Assembly: GCF_006345805.1 (NCBI RefSeq)
Contig: NC_043021.1
Location: 23,746,001 to 23,810,000, forward strand
Direction of reading: 5' to 3'
Length of the DNA: 64,000 bases
Source of the DNA: Octopus sinensis
Taxonomy: Eukaryota
Shown piece after piece: positions 1 to 12,559 of the stretch. Position 1 is the first letter of the stretch. Every line of letters starts with the position of its first letter. The translations under genes were made by a program, and so were the position numbers. The notes beneath the pieces are model-generated. The model ran no database searches. It saw nothing but the letters and a program-made list of their open reading frames with translations, and was not told the origin of the DNA.

Positions 1-357
1 AGCTCCAAAAATCGAATCGAAGCCGTTAACATCCTGGCACTTCCAGTAGTCCAATATAGTATTAACATAATTAACTGGACTCTTACAGAGCTCCAACGCT
101 GGACAGGAAGACAACAAATTAACATCGAAGAGAGCCATGTCTCAGAGAAATCCAAAAGATTGTGCTGGCAAAAACTGCCCACATCCTTAGAAAAACCCTA
201 TCAATTTAAATGTCTATGATGGTATTTCGCTACCGCCCCAGCCACTTTCCTACCCAAGCTTTTAGTCATATCGTGACATTTCTTATCTTTCACTGGCCCT
301 AGGATACTAGTTGTGTCTCAGCAAGTAATTGTAACAAAGATGCAGATTAAATGTAAA
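1..357 (+). mobile_element. R4/Dong-like RLE non-LTR retrotransposon 3' remnant, internally deleted
   Basis: Translates to NRIEAVNILALPVVQYSINIINW (post-RT) then jumps to KIVLAKTAHILRKTLSI* (RLE end); 3' UTR followed by (TAA)n. Confidence 0.7.
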
Positions 358-405
358 TAATAATAATAATAATAGTAATGGGCTACAGCAAAAAATGGTA
401 TAAAA

Positions 406-866
406 GATGGGCTACAGCAAATATTCTGTTCAATACCACAGACTTGCTTGTCAGTTGTTTGACCTTAACCAGTTGGGCATGTCCCTTAGTAGATGACGAT
501 AAGTACATCGCTGATCACGAGCAGAATTAGTGGGGGAATATCATAGCCATGTGTTGAATGAGATTCTTTGGGGTTTGAATAATTCGCCTCTGGAAACATG
601 GGTGTTTCGTTCAAAATCCTTAAACAACCGTTATTCAGGGACCCTTTGAGCAGGATGGGTTACTCAACCTGAAGACAATTCTAACTGGGCCCCACCTGCA
701 AGGTCATGTGCTGTTTACCTTGATATGAGATCACCATGTTGCGCACATTTGGTTATGATGCATGTGCCCAGTGTACCCTTATCAGACGGGTAGTCATGAT
801 GTGTATACTGGGCTTCGTATATTTCACCCCAGTGTCACTTTGATGGCATGTACTGCTCTCTCACTC
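406..866 (+). mobile_element. About 460-bp non-coding interspersed element with (TAA)n tail (copy 1)
   Basis: Homologous reverse-strand copies at 2356-2551, 6704-7069 and a stub at 7237-7262; all end ...CTCTCTCACTC(AAT)n. Confidence 0.8.
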
Positions 867-924
<58 letters not shown>

Positions 925-926
<2 letters not shown>

Positions 927-1238
927 TCAGATACCAGGAAACCCCAAAATGGCAGAAATTCAAAAGATAGTGCTCATGGGAACTGCTCATATCCTACGCA
1001 AAATACTCTCTATGTAATCCCAAGGTTTAAAACAAACTTTTTTTAATTTTTATTTTTACTTTTTATTTATTTATTTATTGATTTATTTTTATGTATTAGA
1101 CATTCACTAGTACAACACCAAAAACAAAGCAAAAAACCCCAAATATATGGCACAGAACTTCCAACCTGTTGTCTTTTGAGGTCTCTGGGTGAGACTTGGA
1201 GCCAACTTGTACAAATATAAAGCAAAAGTCAAACATAG
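925..1238 (+). mobile_element. R4/Dong-like 3' end (TQIPGNPKMAEIQKIVLMGTAHILRKILSM* + 3' UTR)
   Basis: Same 3' UTR as the 3643-4589 copy; flanked on both sides by (AAT)n. Confidence 0.8.
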
Positions 1239-1239
1239 A

Positions 1240-1600
<361 letters not shown>

Positions 1601-1619
1601 TTATTTTTATTATCATGTG

Positions 1620-1730
1620 AGGACGCATGGCCTAGTGTTTAGGGTGTTACATTCACGATCGCGAGATTGTGGTTTCAATTCCTAGACCGGAAGGTGCGTT
1701 CTTGAGCAAAAAACATCATCTGCGATCACT
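1620..1730 (+). mobile_element. tRNA-derived SINE head fragment
   Basis: TGGCCTAGTGTTTAGG (A-box-like) and GGTTTCAATTCC (B-box-like). Confidence 0.55.
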
Positions 1731-1889
1731 TCGACACCCAAAGCATAGTATACTGTGTAGCTGTTCAAACAACATCGAGTTGATAGAGGGAGTGAGCTAA
1801 TGTACACCGCTTACAGTTGATCTCTATGAACAAATCATTTGAGCAGGTCTTTCAGCAAAACTTGAACTCTCATAAGTCGTCTTCGACGT

Positions 1890-2345
1890 GAGAGTCCATT
1901 GTTGTTGTTATTTTTTTCTTTCTTCTCTCTTCAAATTTTCTTCCGTTTCTCGCCGAGTGTTTTCTGTACACCTAGGGCATAGAAGCTCATTGTATGATTC
2001 CCAGATTCACGCGCAAATTCACAGATAAAATATGTATTTAAAAATTAATAAATAAATAAATTCATGGATGGATGTTGTTTTCACAGCGATAATGCACTTC
2101 TCAGTACATAAGCTGTTCCAGTTAATACGATTTTTTGCACTTCCTGTAGGGATGGTAAGCCTGGAATCATTTTCAAATAGGTTTCAGTACGTTTCTTTAT
2201 CATTCCAAGAGATCCTACAATCACTGGTACTGTAGTCGCTTTGGGATGCCACATTTTTTCAATTTCTATTAGCAAGTCTTTATATTTACTAATCTTGTCA
2301 AATTCTTTCGCCGCCATATTGTGATCGCAGGGAATACTCATGTCT
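1890..2345 (-). mobile_element. R4/Dong-like RLE 3' end, second subfamily
   Basis: ORF 2081-2341: KEFDKISKYKDLLIEIEKMW...PVIVGSLG...QKIVLTGTAYVLR; abuts (TTA)n at its truncated 5' end. Confidence 0.8.
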
Positions 2346-2355
2346 TATTATTATT

Positions 2356-2551
2356 GAGTGAGAGAGAAGCGCATGCCATCAAAATGACATTGGGGTAAAA
2401 TATACGAAGCTCAGTATACCCATCATGACTACCCGTCTGATAAGGGTACACTAGGTACATGCATCACAACCATACGTGCGCGACATAGTGATCTCATATC
2501 AAGATAAACAGCACATGACCTTGCAGGTGGGGCCCAGTTAGAGTTTTCTTC
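2356..2551 (-). mobile_element. (TAA)n-tailed non-coding element, 5'-truncated copy 2
   Basis: Reverse complement of about 670-866. Confidence 0.8.
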
Positions 2552-2585
2552 TGCTCTAGTATTATTATTATTATTATATTATTAT

Positions 2586-3420
2586 TATTATTATTATTAT
2601 TATTGGATCTTTTCCCTTTGAACGGCAAATCAAGAAATTATTTTTTTGTAACTAAACACTTTCAAACTTCGGGCACTGGTAGAATGCGTCATATAAAACA
2701 TCTGTTACTCTTAGCGTTTTTCAGAAAAGTTTCTATTTACGAAGTTATTTCGTGTTAAAGTTGTCGTATTTCTGTAATTTCAACAAATCAATGTCGTGTA
2801 TTCAGCTGAATAAATTTACTGCTGTCTGTCTGCAACAACTTCCGGCGGTGTATATTTCGTTTGTCACTGTTATTTATGACATCGTTCGTGAGTTTGTACT
2901 GATTTTAGCGTTAGGGTTTTAGGGTTAGGATTTTAGGGTTAGGGTATTAGGGTTAGGGTTAGGGTTTTAGCTTTAGGTTTAATGGTTAGGATTAGGGTTT
3001 TAGGGTTGGGGTTAAGGATTTAGGTTTAGTGTTAGGATTTTAGGTAAGGATTTTAAGGTTAGGATTTTATAGTTAGTGTTAGGTTTTAAGGTTAGGATTA
3101 GGGTTTCAGGGTTAGGGTTAAGGTTAGGCTGGGGTTTTATGGTTAGGCTTGTGGTTTTAGTGTTAGAGTTACGGAAAAAGTGAAAAATGAGAAAATTGAA
3201 GGGAGAGGGGAGGCAAAATGTCTCTCCGAAAATAGTAGCTGAAAAACGGGAAAACAAAAACTAAAATCAGTAGAAATATACGAACGTCTATGGTGGTGCC
3301 ATGAAGTAAACATGCTTCAGATACATTCGTTTATTCATACAAACGTATGTGAGATGAAATATGCCATAAATGATAGTGACAAACGAAATATACAACGCCA
3401 GAAGGTTTTGTTAACAAACA
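2586..3420. mobile_element. Non-autonomous element with a degenerate (TTAGGG)n core (about 2905-3170) flanked by inverted repeats
   Basis: 2833-2880 pairs with 3362-3412; 2885-2910 pairs with 3260-3287; 2680-2810 is homologous to 31340-31470 (reverse). Confidence 0.6.
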
Positions 3421-3430
3421 ACAGCAGTAC

Positions 3431-3470
<40 letters not shown>

Positions 3471-3596
3471 TATTATTATTATTAGTAGTAGTAGTAGTAG
3501 TAGTAGTAGTAATAGTAATAGTAGTAGTAGTAGTATTAGCAGTTGTAGTAGTAGTATCATTATTATTATTATTATGATTATTTATTATTATTATCA

Positions 3597-3635
<39 letters not shown>

Positions 3636-3642
3636 TATTATT

Positions 3643-4588
3643 CTATGTTTGACTTTTGCTTTACATTTACACAAGCTGGCTCCAAGTCTCACCCAGAGAC
3701 CTCAATAGACAACAAGTTGAAAGTTCGTGTTGGTGTTATGCCTAGGGTGCCATATATTTGGTTTTGTACTTAGTGTTGTACTAGTGAATGTGTAAAAAAA
3801 ACATACGAAAATTACGTTTGTTTTAAAACTTGAGATTACATAGAAAGTATTTTGCGTAGGATATGAGCAGTTCCCATGAGCACTATTTTTTGAATTTCTG
3901 CCATTTTAGGTTTCCTGGAATCTGAGTTAGGTAGCAATCAGCCCCTTTTGCTATCATTCTCAGGGCACCTCTGACAACAGGTATTGTTTTAGTCTTCAGG
4001 TTCCACATTTTGCTGATTTCTATTTCCAGATCTTTATATTTGTTCAGTTTCTGGTAGGTCTTGACAGATACGTTTATATCGATTGGTACAGTCATATCAA
4101 TGAGGAGGCATGTTCTTTGTTTGAAGTCTTTCAATATGATGTCTGGCCTATTTGCATCTATCTTTCTATCAGTTTGGATGGTGAAGTTCCAGAGGAGTGA
4201 GAAGTGGTCATTTTCAAGCACTGGAGGTGGATTGTGTTCCCACCATTTTTTTTTCATGGGGCAAATCCAGGTTTTTGCAGATTAACCAGTGAATATATTG
4301 TGCAGCTCTATCATGCCTGTTGAGATACTCTGTAGGCGCTAGAAGACTGCACTTGGAGACAACATGATCAATGGTTTCATTTTGTTGTTGACATACACGA
4401 CATGTTGGGCTACAGCCGTTCTTTAATATGTTGGCCTGGTAGTTTATTGTAAGTAGGCATTGATCTTGAGTTGCTATGATAAACCCTTCTGTTTCAGATT
4501 TTAAGCCAGGGGCCATTAGCCATTGATGGGTCAGGGCTTTGTTAACATCTGCATTATTCGCTCTCTTTGGGTATTTGCCAGAGAGAAG

Positions 4589-4589
<1 letters not shown>
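3643..4589 (-). mobile_element. R4/Dong-like RLE non-LTR retrotransposon, 5'-truncated, frameshifted
   Basis: GLKSETEGFIIATQDQ, CRVC...ETIDHVVSKC zinc knuckle, RHD motif, NRPDIILKD...LIDMTVP...KYKDL RLE nuclease; (TTA)n on both sides. Confidence 0.9.
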
Positions 4590-4624
<35 letters not shown>

Positions 4625-4653
4625 GTTGTTGTTGTTGTTGTTGTTGTTGTTAT

Positions 4654-4690
<37 letters not shown>

Positions 4691-5038
4691 ATTATTATTA
4701 TCATTATTTTTATTATTATTATTATTCCAACTAATATTTCTTGTACTGTAATGCTTTGTAATGTAATGCTAGATTGTTTTAAATATTACCTACTTTAATG
4801 CTGTGAAAAATTGTTTTCCTCAATATGAGCGGCTGAAATTTGGCTGTCGATGTATTTAATGTTCGAAACATAGGAAAACTAAAGCAGAATATAATAATTA
4901 TAAAGTAAACCAAAAGGAATAATATTAAAACATAATACATTCTTCTACATTATTTTCTTTAATCGTTCTATATTTTTTACACATTTTTTTTTTCTTTCTG
5001 CTTCTCACAGACGCTTCCAATGAAAAAATTTCATTTAC

Positions 5039-5196
5039 CTCATAATACAAATCGTTATCCTCTAGAAAGACTCGGTCGCAATAAATATTCTGTAGTTTCT
5101 TAGCCAACCGTTCTGTGCAAGGGAACCTTTCGTACCAACATTCATAGAACTTGCAGTCGGAAGTGTGAATATGTTCAAGACAAACTTCATTGACCG
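5039..5196 (-). CDS. STC: Stanniocalcin-like paralog B, exon 2 (AVNEVCLEHIHTSDCKFYECWYERFPCTERLAKKLQNIYCDRVFLEDNDLYYE); later exons presumably left of the window
   Basis: TTTTTCAG acceptor, 158 nt (phase 1 to 0), donor GAG|GTAAAT; same five Cys and CKFYxC-xxERFPC motif as gene A exon 2. Confidence 0.85.
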
Positions 5197-5289
5197 CTGA
5201 AAAAATAAATCAAGAAAAGAGAAACACAAAGGTGTTGTACAGCATGTCGGTATCATCATTGTCACGCCGCCGCCACCACCGCCGTCGTC

Positions 5290-5374
5290 GTACTAGCAGT
5301 CGTGAGTAGTAGTAGTAGTAGTAGTAGTTGTTGTTGTTGTTGTTGTAGTAGTAGTAGTATTAGTAGTAGTTGTT

Positions 5375-5406
<32 letters not shown>

Positions 5407-5505
5407 TGTTGTTGTAGTAGTAGTAGTGGTAGTAGAGTAGTAGTAGTAGTTTTAGTAGTAGTAGTAGTTGTATTAGTAGTAGTAGTTGTAGTAGTAGTAG
5501 TAGTT

Positions 5506-5538
<33 letters not shown>

Positions 5539-5708
5539 TAGTAGTAGTAGTAGTATTTGTAGTAGTAGTAGTTGTAGTAGTTGTAGTTGTAGTTGTAGTA
5601 GTTGTAGTAGTAGTTGTAGTAGTAGTAGTAGTTGTTGTAGTAGTAGGTGTAGTAGTAGTTGTAGTAGTAGTTGTTGTAGTAGTAGTAGTAGTTGTAGTAG
5701 TAGTAGTT

Positions 5709-5743
<35 letters not shown>

Positions 5744-6358
5744 TGTAGTAGTAGTAGTTGTAGTAGTAGTTGTTGTAGTAGTAGTAGTAGTAGTTGTAGT
5801 AATAGTAGTTGTAGTAGTAGTAGTTGTAGTAGTAGTTGTTGTAGTAGTAGTAGTAGTAGCTGTTGTATTAGTAGTAGTAGTTGTAGTAGTAGTAGTTGTA
5901 GTAGTAGTAGTAGTTGTTGTAGTAGTAGTTAGTAGTAGTAGTAGTTGTTGTTGTAGTAGTAGGTGTAGTAGTAGTTGTAGTAGTAGTTGTTGTAGTAGTA
6001 GTAGTAGTTGTAGTAGTAGTTGTAGTAGTAGTAGTAGTAGTAGTAGTAGTTGTTGTAGTAGTAGTAGTTGTAGTAGTAGTTGTTGTAGTAGTAGTAGTAG
6101 TAGTAGTTGTAGTAATAGTAGTTGTAGTAGTAGTAGTTGTAGTAGTAGTTGTTGTAGTAGTAGTAGTAGCTGTTGTATTAGTAGTAGTAGTTGTAGTAGT
6201 AGTAGTTGTAGTAGTAGTAGTAGTTGTTGTTGTAGTAGTAGTAGTAGTTGTAGTAGTAGTAGTTGTAGTAGTAGTAGTAGTAGTAGTTGTAGTAGTAGTA
6301 GTTGTAGTTGTAGTAGTAGTAGTTGTAGTTGTAGTAGTAGTAGTAGTAGTAGTAGTAG
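5290..6358. repeat. About 1.07-kb (TAG/TTG)n microsatellite in intron 1 of paralog B
   Basis: Direct reading; source of spurious poly-L/T/Y ORFs. Confidence 0.95.
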
Positions 6359-6703
6359 ATGGCACTGTTCTTTTGCATAGACATAGGAAACTCCGATCAT
6401 GCACGCATAGCATGAAAGGCGCTCCAAACCAGGAGCACCCTGTCATTTTAGGCATATCTTGGACTATTTAACGTTTCTATTTTATTTATTCTTAAAGCCG
6501 GCAGTGTGTAAATTCTAGCAGGCTAAGTGACTGCATTTAGGCTTTCGTTTTAGTTGTAGGCGAGATTTGGTAGGGCAGGCCTATCATCAAAAGCATTCCA
6601 AGCGCGTGACAATCACTTATTTTCCCCTAGACATTATGTAAGTGGCTGGCCGATGGCATTTCGGTAGATGTTCAGAAGAGTTAGGTTTATTATTATTATT
6701 ATT

Positions 6704-7067
6704 GAGTGAGAGAGCAGTTCATGCCATCAAAGTGTGACACTGGGGTAAAATATACGAAGCCGTCTGATAAGGGTACACCAGGCACATGCATCACAACCAT
6801 ATGTGCGCGACATGGTGATCTCATATCAAGGTAAACAGCGCATGACCTTGCAGGTGGAGCCCTGTTAGAATTTTCTTCAGGTCGAGTAGTCCATCTCGCT
6901 CAAAAGGTCCCTGAATAAGGGTTGTTTAAGGATGTTGAAAGAACCACCCATGTTTCCAGAGGTGAATTATTCAAACCCCAAAGAATTCCTCTCAACACAT
7001 GGCTATGATGCTCCCCCACTACTTCTGCTCGTGATCAGAGATGCACATATCGTCAGCCATTAAGGGA

Positions 7068-7069
<2 letters not shown>
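6704..7069 (-). mobile_element. (TAA)n-tailed non-coding element, copy 3
   Basis: Reverse complement of about 480-866 with a small internal deletion; (TTA)n both sides. Confidence 0.8.
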
Positions 7070-7136
<67 letters not shown>

Positions 7137-7329
7137 CATTATTATTATTATTATTATCATTATTATTACTATTATTATTATCATTATCATCATCATCATC
7201 ATCATTATTATTATCATTATTATCATTATTATTATTGAGTGAGAAAGCAATGCATCCCATCGGAATGCAAGATGCAAGATGCACGGTAACATACCCTTGC
7301 ATCGGAGTCAAGTCTCGGCGGGTGGAAAA

Positions 7330-9050
7330 TGCTCCTGAGAGCCAAGTACGAAAATGCCTTGGGTGTATGTGGGAATAAAAGACCCACATCACCCAAGGAA
7401 TGAAGTTTGGAACTACTGAACTGAGATTTGGAACGGAAGAAGAAGCTAGATGTAATTCCACAACCAGTTTGAGGATTGACAACTTTTATTTAATTCCCAG
7501 TTATCGTGGCCAACGTTTTGCCAAGATTTGGGTGCTGAATGTGCCACCAGAAATATCCATTACCTGGTTAGTGGCGGCCATCTTGGCAAGTTTACAAGAA
7601 GATTAAGTCACAATATTGGAGGTTAAGAAACTACCTAAGCAAAACTGGTTAGGTATTGGTATGGAACTGACCTTTCAATGCAAGCAGGATCATATCAATC
7701 AGCTGCCCGATCTAATCGATCTCCCGCAAGGTACTCACCTGTCAGTGTTCGTGTAAAGTAGAAAACCGAGATGCCACACATGTGGACCTGTAAATCACTT
7801 GAAAATTTCTTGCCCTGAAACAAAGTAAATTAAAGTCCCACAGCTGCCAACATTACAAACACCATAAGTTCAAAGTCATGAACAAGTGTTTAAGACTCCT
7901 ACGCCTACTCCCACACTCACACTCACACCCACTGAGGGGAACAAAGAAGGAGTCTACTCCCGATTGCCACAGAAAATCATGTTTCTCCTGATGCTCTTCC
8001 TCCCAAACCAACCTCATTTGCAATGACATGGAGAAAGAAGAGCTGAACGATCAATGGATCACAGTGACAAAAAGGGGGCAGGCGAAAGAGGAGGGGAGTA
8101 CATAGCCCTACTCCAAGAAATCAACAACTGCAACACAATTCCCAATCACGCCAACAAAAACAATAAGAACAAGATCAACAATTTAAAAAACAGCAACATC
8201 ATCAACAACAGCAACATCAATCACATAAACTCAGAAACAACCAATTACAGAACTCCAAAAATATTTATCAAACTGTAGACGCAATGTATCCATCAATTTC
8301 ATTGTTGTGGACAAGTGTAACAGTGAATTGATGATTTTGTATGTGAAAACAAAAACAAAATAGAGACAGAGGGAAAGGAATCTGAGGATTACAGCCTCAA
8401 AACCCCCAAGGACATACCTTCAATCAAAACGTCGTCAGACGTTTATAAAACACTAATAGTAAAATTTCCAGATAGTGTGGGGAATAAAAAAAACAATCTG
8501 TTGATAAACGGTTGTTGGAAGAGCCTGTTAAAACGTTTTCGTCGGTAGAGAGGCCCGGAACTTCCGGGGTTCTCGAAAATCAAGGTGAGTAACCTCATTT
8601 TCTTTCTCCGACTAGCATGACTGTGTTGAGATGGGGGGTGAATGTGCGAGGCCTGGGATCAACAAGGTCACTTATTCAACGATCTCAGGTCACTTGATTT
8701 GGATGTAGTAGCCATTAGTGAAACAAGGATCTCCGGGAAACACACTCTGGCATCCAAATTCGAGGTCTGTCGGGAGCGGGTAGCGGTGTAAGAGAACTAC
8801 TCCGGAAATCCTTAGATCTCCGAGTACGGGCTATCTTTCTTTGTCCCGGATGGTATGGTGATGGTCTTGGATGTGAATGGAAGTGAACGTGTCGCCTTTA
8901 TACTGGTGGCGGTTTATGCCCCAACAGAGGCTGCAAAGCCAGATTTCTTCAGGCGTCTAGGAACATTCTTGGGAACGTTGCGCACTTTAGTACTAGTGGG
9001 GGACTGGAATACTATCTTCGACGCACAGAAGTTTTTGTGTGGATGCCCCC
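7330..9050 (+). mobile_element. Degenerate L1/Tx1-like LINE 5' part (ORF1 remnant + APE endonuclease remnant)
   Basis: LRFGTEEEAR...IPSYRGQRFAKIWVLNVPPEI aligns to ORF1 at 50434; VAISETR and LVAVYAPT...FFRRL...LVGDWN align to the endonuclease at 52389. Confidence 0.75.
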
Positions 9051-9231
9051 AGACGATAAGTAGGCTAGTCCAATACGTGTAAATATTGGACGTGATAGGT
9101 TGACGGGAAGCGTCGAGTAGAGAATTTTTGAGTTGTTAATTTAGTCTGGCGATAACATTGTTGTTGAGAGCGGTGAGTTATTCTACGTTGAAATTTTTTT
9201 AATTGTTATATTGTTGGAATTTTGTTAATTA

Positions 9232-9735
9232 TTGTTGAATTTGTTTCTTTCTTCCCCATTTTTTTGTGGAGATATGGAAGCTGGCAGTTACGCTGCGGTG
9301 GCAGGAAAAGGCCTGCAAGCTGACAAGCCGCAACTGAAAGAAGTGAAGTTAGAAGACAAAAATTTTAAAAAGTTTAATGGACTGTTTGAAAAGGAGGGGG
9401 ATTACCTCCGGTTAACGCCTCCTGGCGACTCTTTACAAAAAGCTGAGAAGAAAATTATAGTTTATCGTACGTTGAACGTTGAAACTAAACGTGTGGAAGT
9501 AGCAGAGATTGAAGCCATTGAAGAGTGTATGTGGGAAGTCAAAGGGGTGACCACATTCTACGCCAGAGGAAGGAAATCCGGCACATTGGCAGTGCGCTTC
9601 GTGAACAAAGAAGAAGCAAAAAGGTACTCCACGGTGCCTTTGAGAATGGCCAAGTGGGCACTCATGCCAACTTGCTGCAGAAAACGAGCCGCAAGAATCA
9701 GGGTAGGGAGAGTGCCCCCGGAAATCTTTTCTTAA
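9232..9735 (+). mobile_element. N-terminal ORF1 fragment of another L1/Tx1-like subfamily
   Basis: SYAAVA motif; TLAVRFVNKEEAK...ARIRVGRVPPEI resembles TVVVRFPNQEVEK...SKIRIKNVPTDI of ORF1 at 50434. Confidence 0.55.
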
Positions 9736-9906
9736 TAGTTTTATTTTTATCTTTTTATATTTATTTTTTTATTCTTCATCTCTCCTTATATCCAGTATGT
9801 GTCTTATGGTTTCGGCAATACAAAAAGTTTTTAACTTTATGTTTATTTGTCTATTTTTTCATTTTATAAATCCCAAATTTAAAATTATATATATATACAT
9901 ATACAT

Positions 9907-10072
9907 AGGTGTAGAAGTGGCTGTGTGGTAAGTAGCTTGCTTACCAACCACATGGTTCCGGGCTCAGTCTCATTGCGAAGCACCTTGGGGAAGTGTCTTC
10001 TACTATAGCCTCGGGCCGACCAAAGCCTTGTGAGTGGATTTGGTAGACGGAAACTGAAAGAAGCATGTGTCG

Positions 10073-10103
<31 letters not shown>

Positions 10104-10313
10104 ATGTTTGTGTGTCTGTGTTTGTACCCACCCCCAGCATAGCTTGACAACCGATGCTGGTGTGTGTACGTCCCCGTAACTTAGCAGTTCGGCAAAAGAG
10201 ATCGATAGAATAAGTACTAGGCTAGCAAAGAATAAGTCCTGGGGTCGATTTGCTCGACTAAAGGCGGTGCTCTAGCATGGCCACAGTCAAATGACTGAAA
10301 CAAGTAAAAGAGT
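9907..10313 (+). mobile_element. tRNA-derived SINE family A (CORE-like CCTTGGGCAAGT box, internal (TA)/(TG) tract, GTAAAAGA tail)
   Basis: Near-identical copies at 11890, 23484, 29780, 30560, 63448. Confidence 0.85.
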
Positions 10314-10339
10314 ATATGTATATATATATATATATATAT

Positions 10340-10530
10340 ATAGTTAATCCAAACAAGAAAACACAAAAAAACACATCAACGCGAGGACGTGGAACAAATA
10401 TAGTATTATTGGACGCTCAGGAAAGAAGGGAAGAAGGAGGGTTTAACGTTTCGAGCGGAGCTCTTCGTCGGAAACATAGTAGAAGGAAAGATCCCGAGAA
10501 GGGAAGACAGAGGAAAAAAATCGCCAACGG
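10340..10530 (-). mobile_element. Penelope pLTR-like fragment with minimal hammerhead motif (10441-10475)
   Basis: GTTT-CCGACGA-A-GAGC/GCTC-GAAAC-GTT-AAAC on the minus strand; between (TA)n tracts. Confidence 0.55.
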
Positions 10531-10899
10531 TATATATATATATATATGCATGTATGTATATATATGTATATGTATGTGTGTGTATGCATTTATTTCTTCA
10601 TTTTATTTTTTGGTGTATTTTATTTACTCTTTTATTTTATATTATCTTGAATTAAATTTTGCATTTAGCATACTTGTTTACCCTCCCATACACTGGTGTA
10701 AGATTTTATGATTTGTAGAGGGATTGTATCTTCTCTCTACAGTTAATCATGGTAAAGCAAAATACGATATGGTATTTACATTTTATGTTTTCAGTTATTT
10801 ATAATTACATTTTATAATTATAATATATGAATGTAATCTGAATGTAATTATGGGTTCATTGTTTGAATGGTTGTATCATGACCACCTTAAAAATTTGCT

Positions 10900-11796
10900 A
10901 CGAAGCTTCTATTTTATATAAAAGCAGTCTACTTTTCTATGACTTAAATTGGTTTATATATCTCCAGTTTTTCTTATTCGGTCCTTATATCCCTTTCTAA
11001 ATTTTAAAATTTTACGTTTTATTATACAAAATATAATACTATATAAATTTTGCTAAATTTTTGGTAAAGTGTTTTCCCCTTGTACCCTTAATGTCCATTT
11101 CGATCTCATTGTGACGTCCTTTGCTTTCTATTTTAGGCCCCTTTAATTGATAATAATGAAATAGTTAATGTCACCCCTACCCTCCCATTTTCTGGGTATA
11201 TAGTACTATCTTACTGACTTCTGAGATTTGTTTCTTTATGTAGTCATAGTAAATTAGGGGTTTGGGAGAGTATTTGACATTAGTTTATTATCAGCAGCTA
11301 GAACTTAACTGTCAGTTCTCAGTGGTTTTAATTCTTAGTGGACATAGTATAAGCTGCATTAGATCTTTTGATGGTGATAAAGAGAGAGATAAATATACTA
11401 TCTCATGAACTCTGTTGTTATTCTCTTCTGCCACTCCAAATTAAAGTTGGGGTATTTTCTCCCTAGGTTCATTATGCTATAAAAATAGCAGCAAGCATGT
11501 AGTTCTTTTATTCCCTAGTTCTGATGAAATATTTGCTAAAGAATTATAATGGAGTATCCTGAATGTTGAAAACCTACATGGTTTTATGCATCCGAAGAAG
11601 GCGGTGCATTTCAAATTGATGTAATTCTTGCATTGTTCGATTAAATGGTGCCGCCTGAAACGGCTGTAATGCAATAATACTTTGACATCCTTGTTACTTA
11701 TTTGCTTTTTTATTCACCTTACTTCGAGGTGTGCCGATAACACCGGACTGTCTAGGCACCTCAATTTAAGTACCTAATTCAACTGAATCTTAATTA

Positions 11797-11800
<4 letters not shown>
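10900..11800 (-). mobile_element. Highly decayed non-LTR retroelement remnant
   Basis: Frameshifted YIPRK-GG-RG-IN motif near 11165-11205; many stops. Confidence 0.3.
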
Positions 11801-11889
<89 letters not shown>

Positions 11890-11895
<6 letters not shown>

Positions 11896-12274
11896 TTTTA
11901 CACGTTTCAGTCATTTAACTGCAGCCATGCCGGAGCACCGCCTTGAAGGGTTATAGTCAAACAAATCGACCCCAGGCATTTTTAAAGCCTAGTACTGATT
12001 CTATCGACCTCTTTAGCCGAACTGCTACGGGGACACACACTAGTACCGATTGTCAAGCGGTGACGAGGTGGAGACAGACACAAGAGTAAAGGCACACATT
12101 CATATATATAAGACGGGATTCTTTTAACTTCCACCTACCGAATCAGATCACAAAGATTTGGTCGGCCCAAGGTTTTATAAAAGACACTTGCCCAAGATGC
12201 CACGCAGTGGGACTGAACCCAGAACCAAGTGGTTGGGAAGCAAGCTTCTTCCCACACAGCTATGTCTGCACCTA
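11890..12274 (-). mobile_element. SINE family A copy
   Basis: Reverse complement of the 9907/23484 copies. Confidence 0.85.
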
Positions 12275-12559
12275 TTAATATATATATATCATTGAAGAAA
12301 TCCGACAAAAGCGCTCTCTCGGCACACACCATGAGTCTATCAGCCGCTAGTTTCAAATGCAAATATGAACTGTAAATTATCTATTGCATCAAAAGCTCGA
12401 ATTATGGAGAACTATATATTTTTCAGACAGGAAACACATTATCGAAATGCCTGCGATCACGCAAGCAACAAATTCCAAACCAAAATATTCATTAGATCCC
12501 ATTAAGCAATCATTTAGAAGCATGCGGTAAGAAAATAATTTTTATATCTTTATTTTACA

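Noticed and set aside
2905-3170. Telomere or telomere-fusion relic
   Set aside because: Degenerate, single orientation, embedded in an inverted-repeat element with a relative at 31.1 kb
5360-6455. Long ORFs of 355, 195 and 68 aa (poly-L/T/Y)
   Set aside because: Stop-free frames of a (TAG/TTG)n microsatellite; the same applies to the ORFs over (TA)n, (CA)n, (TAA)n and (TCT)n tracts throughout the track
6990-7065. Hammerhead in the (TAA)n-tailed element (CTGACGA...GAAG)
   Set aside because: No GAAA, no convincing stem II or III, and stem I is out of register
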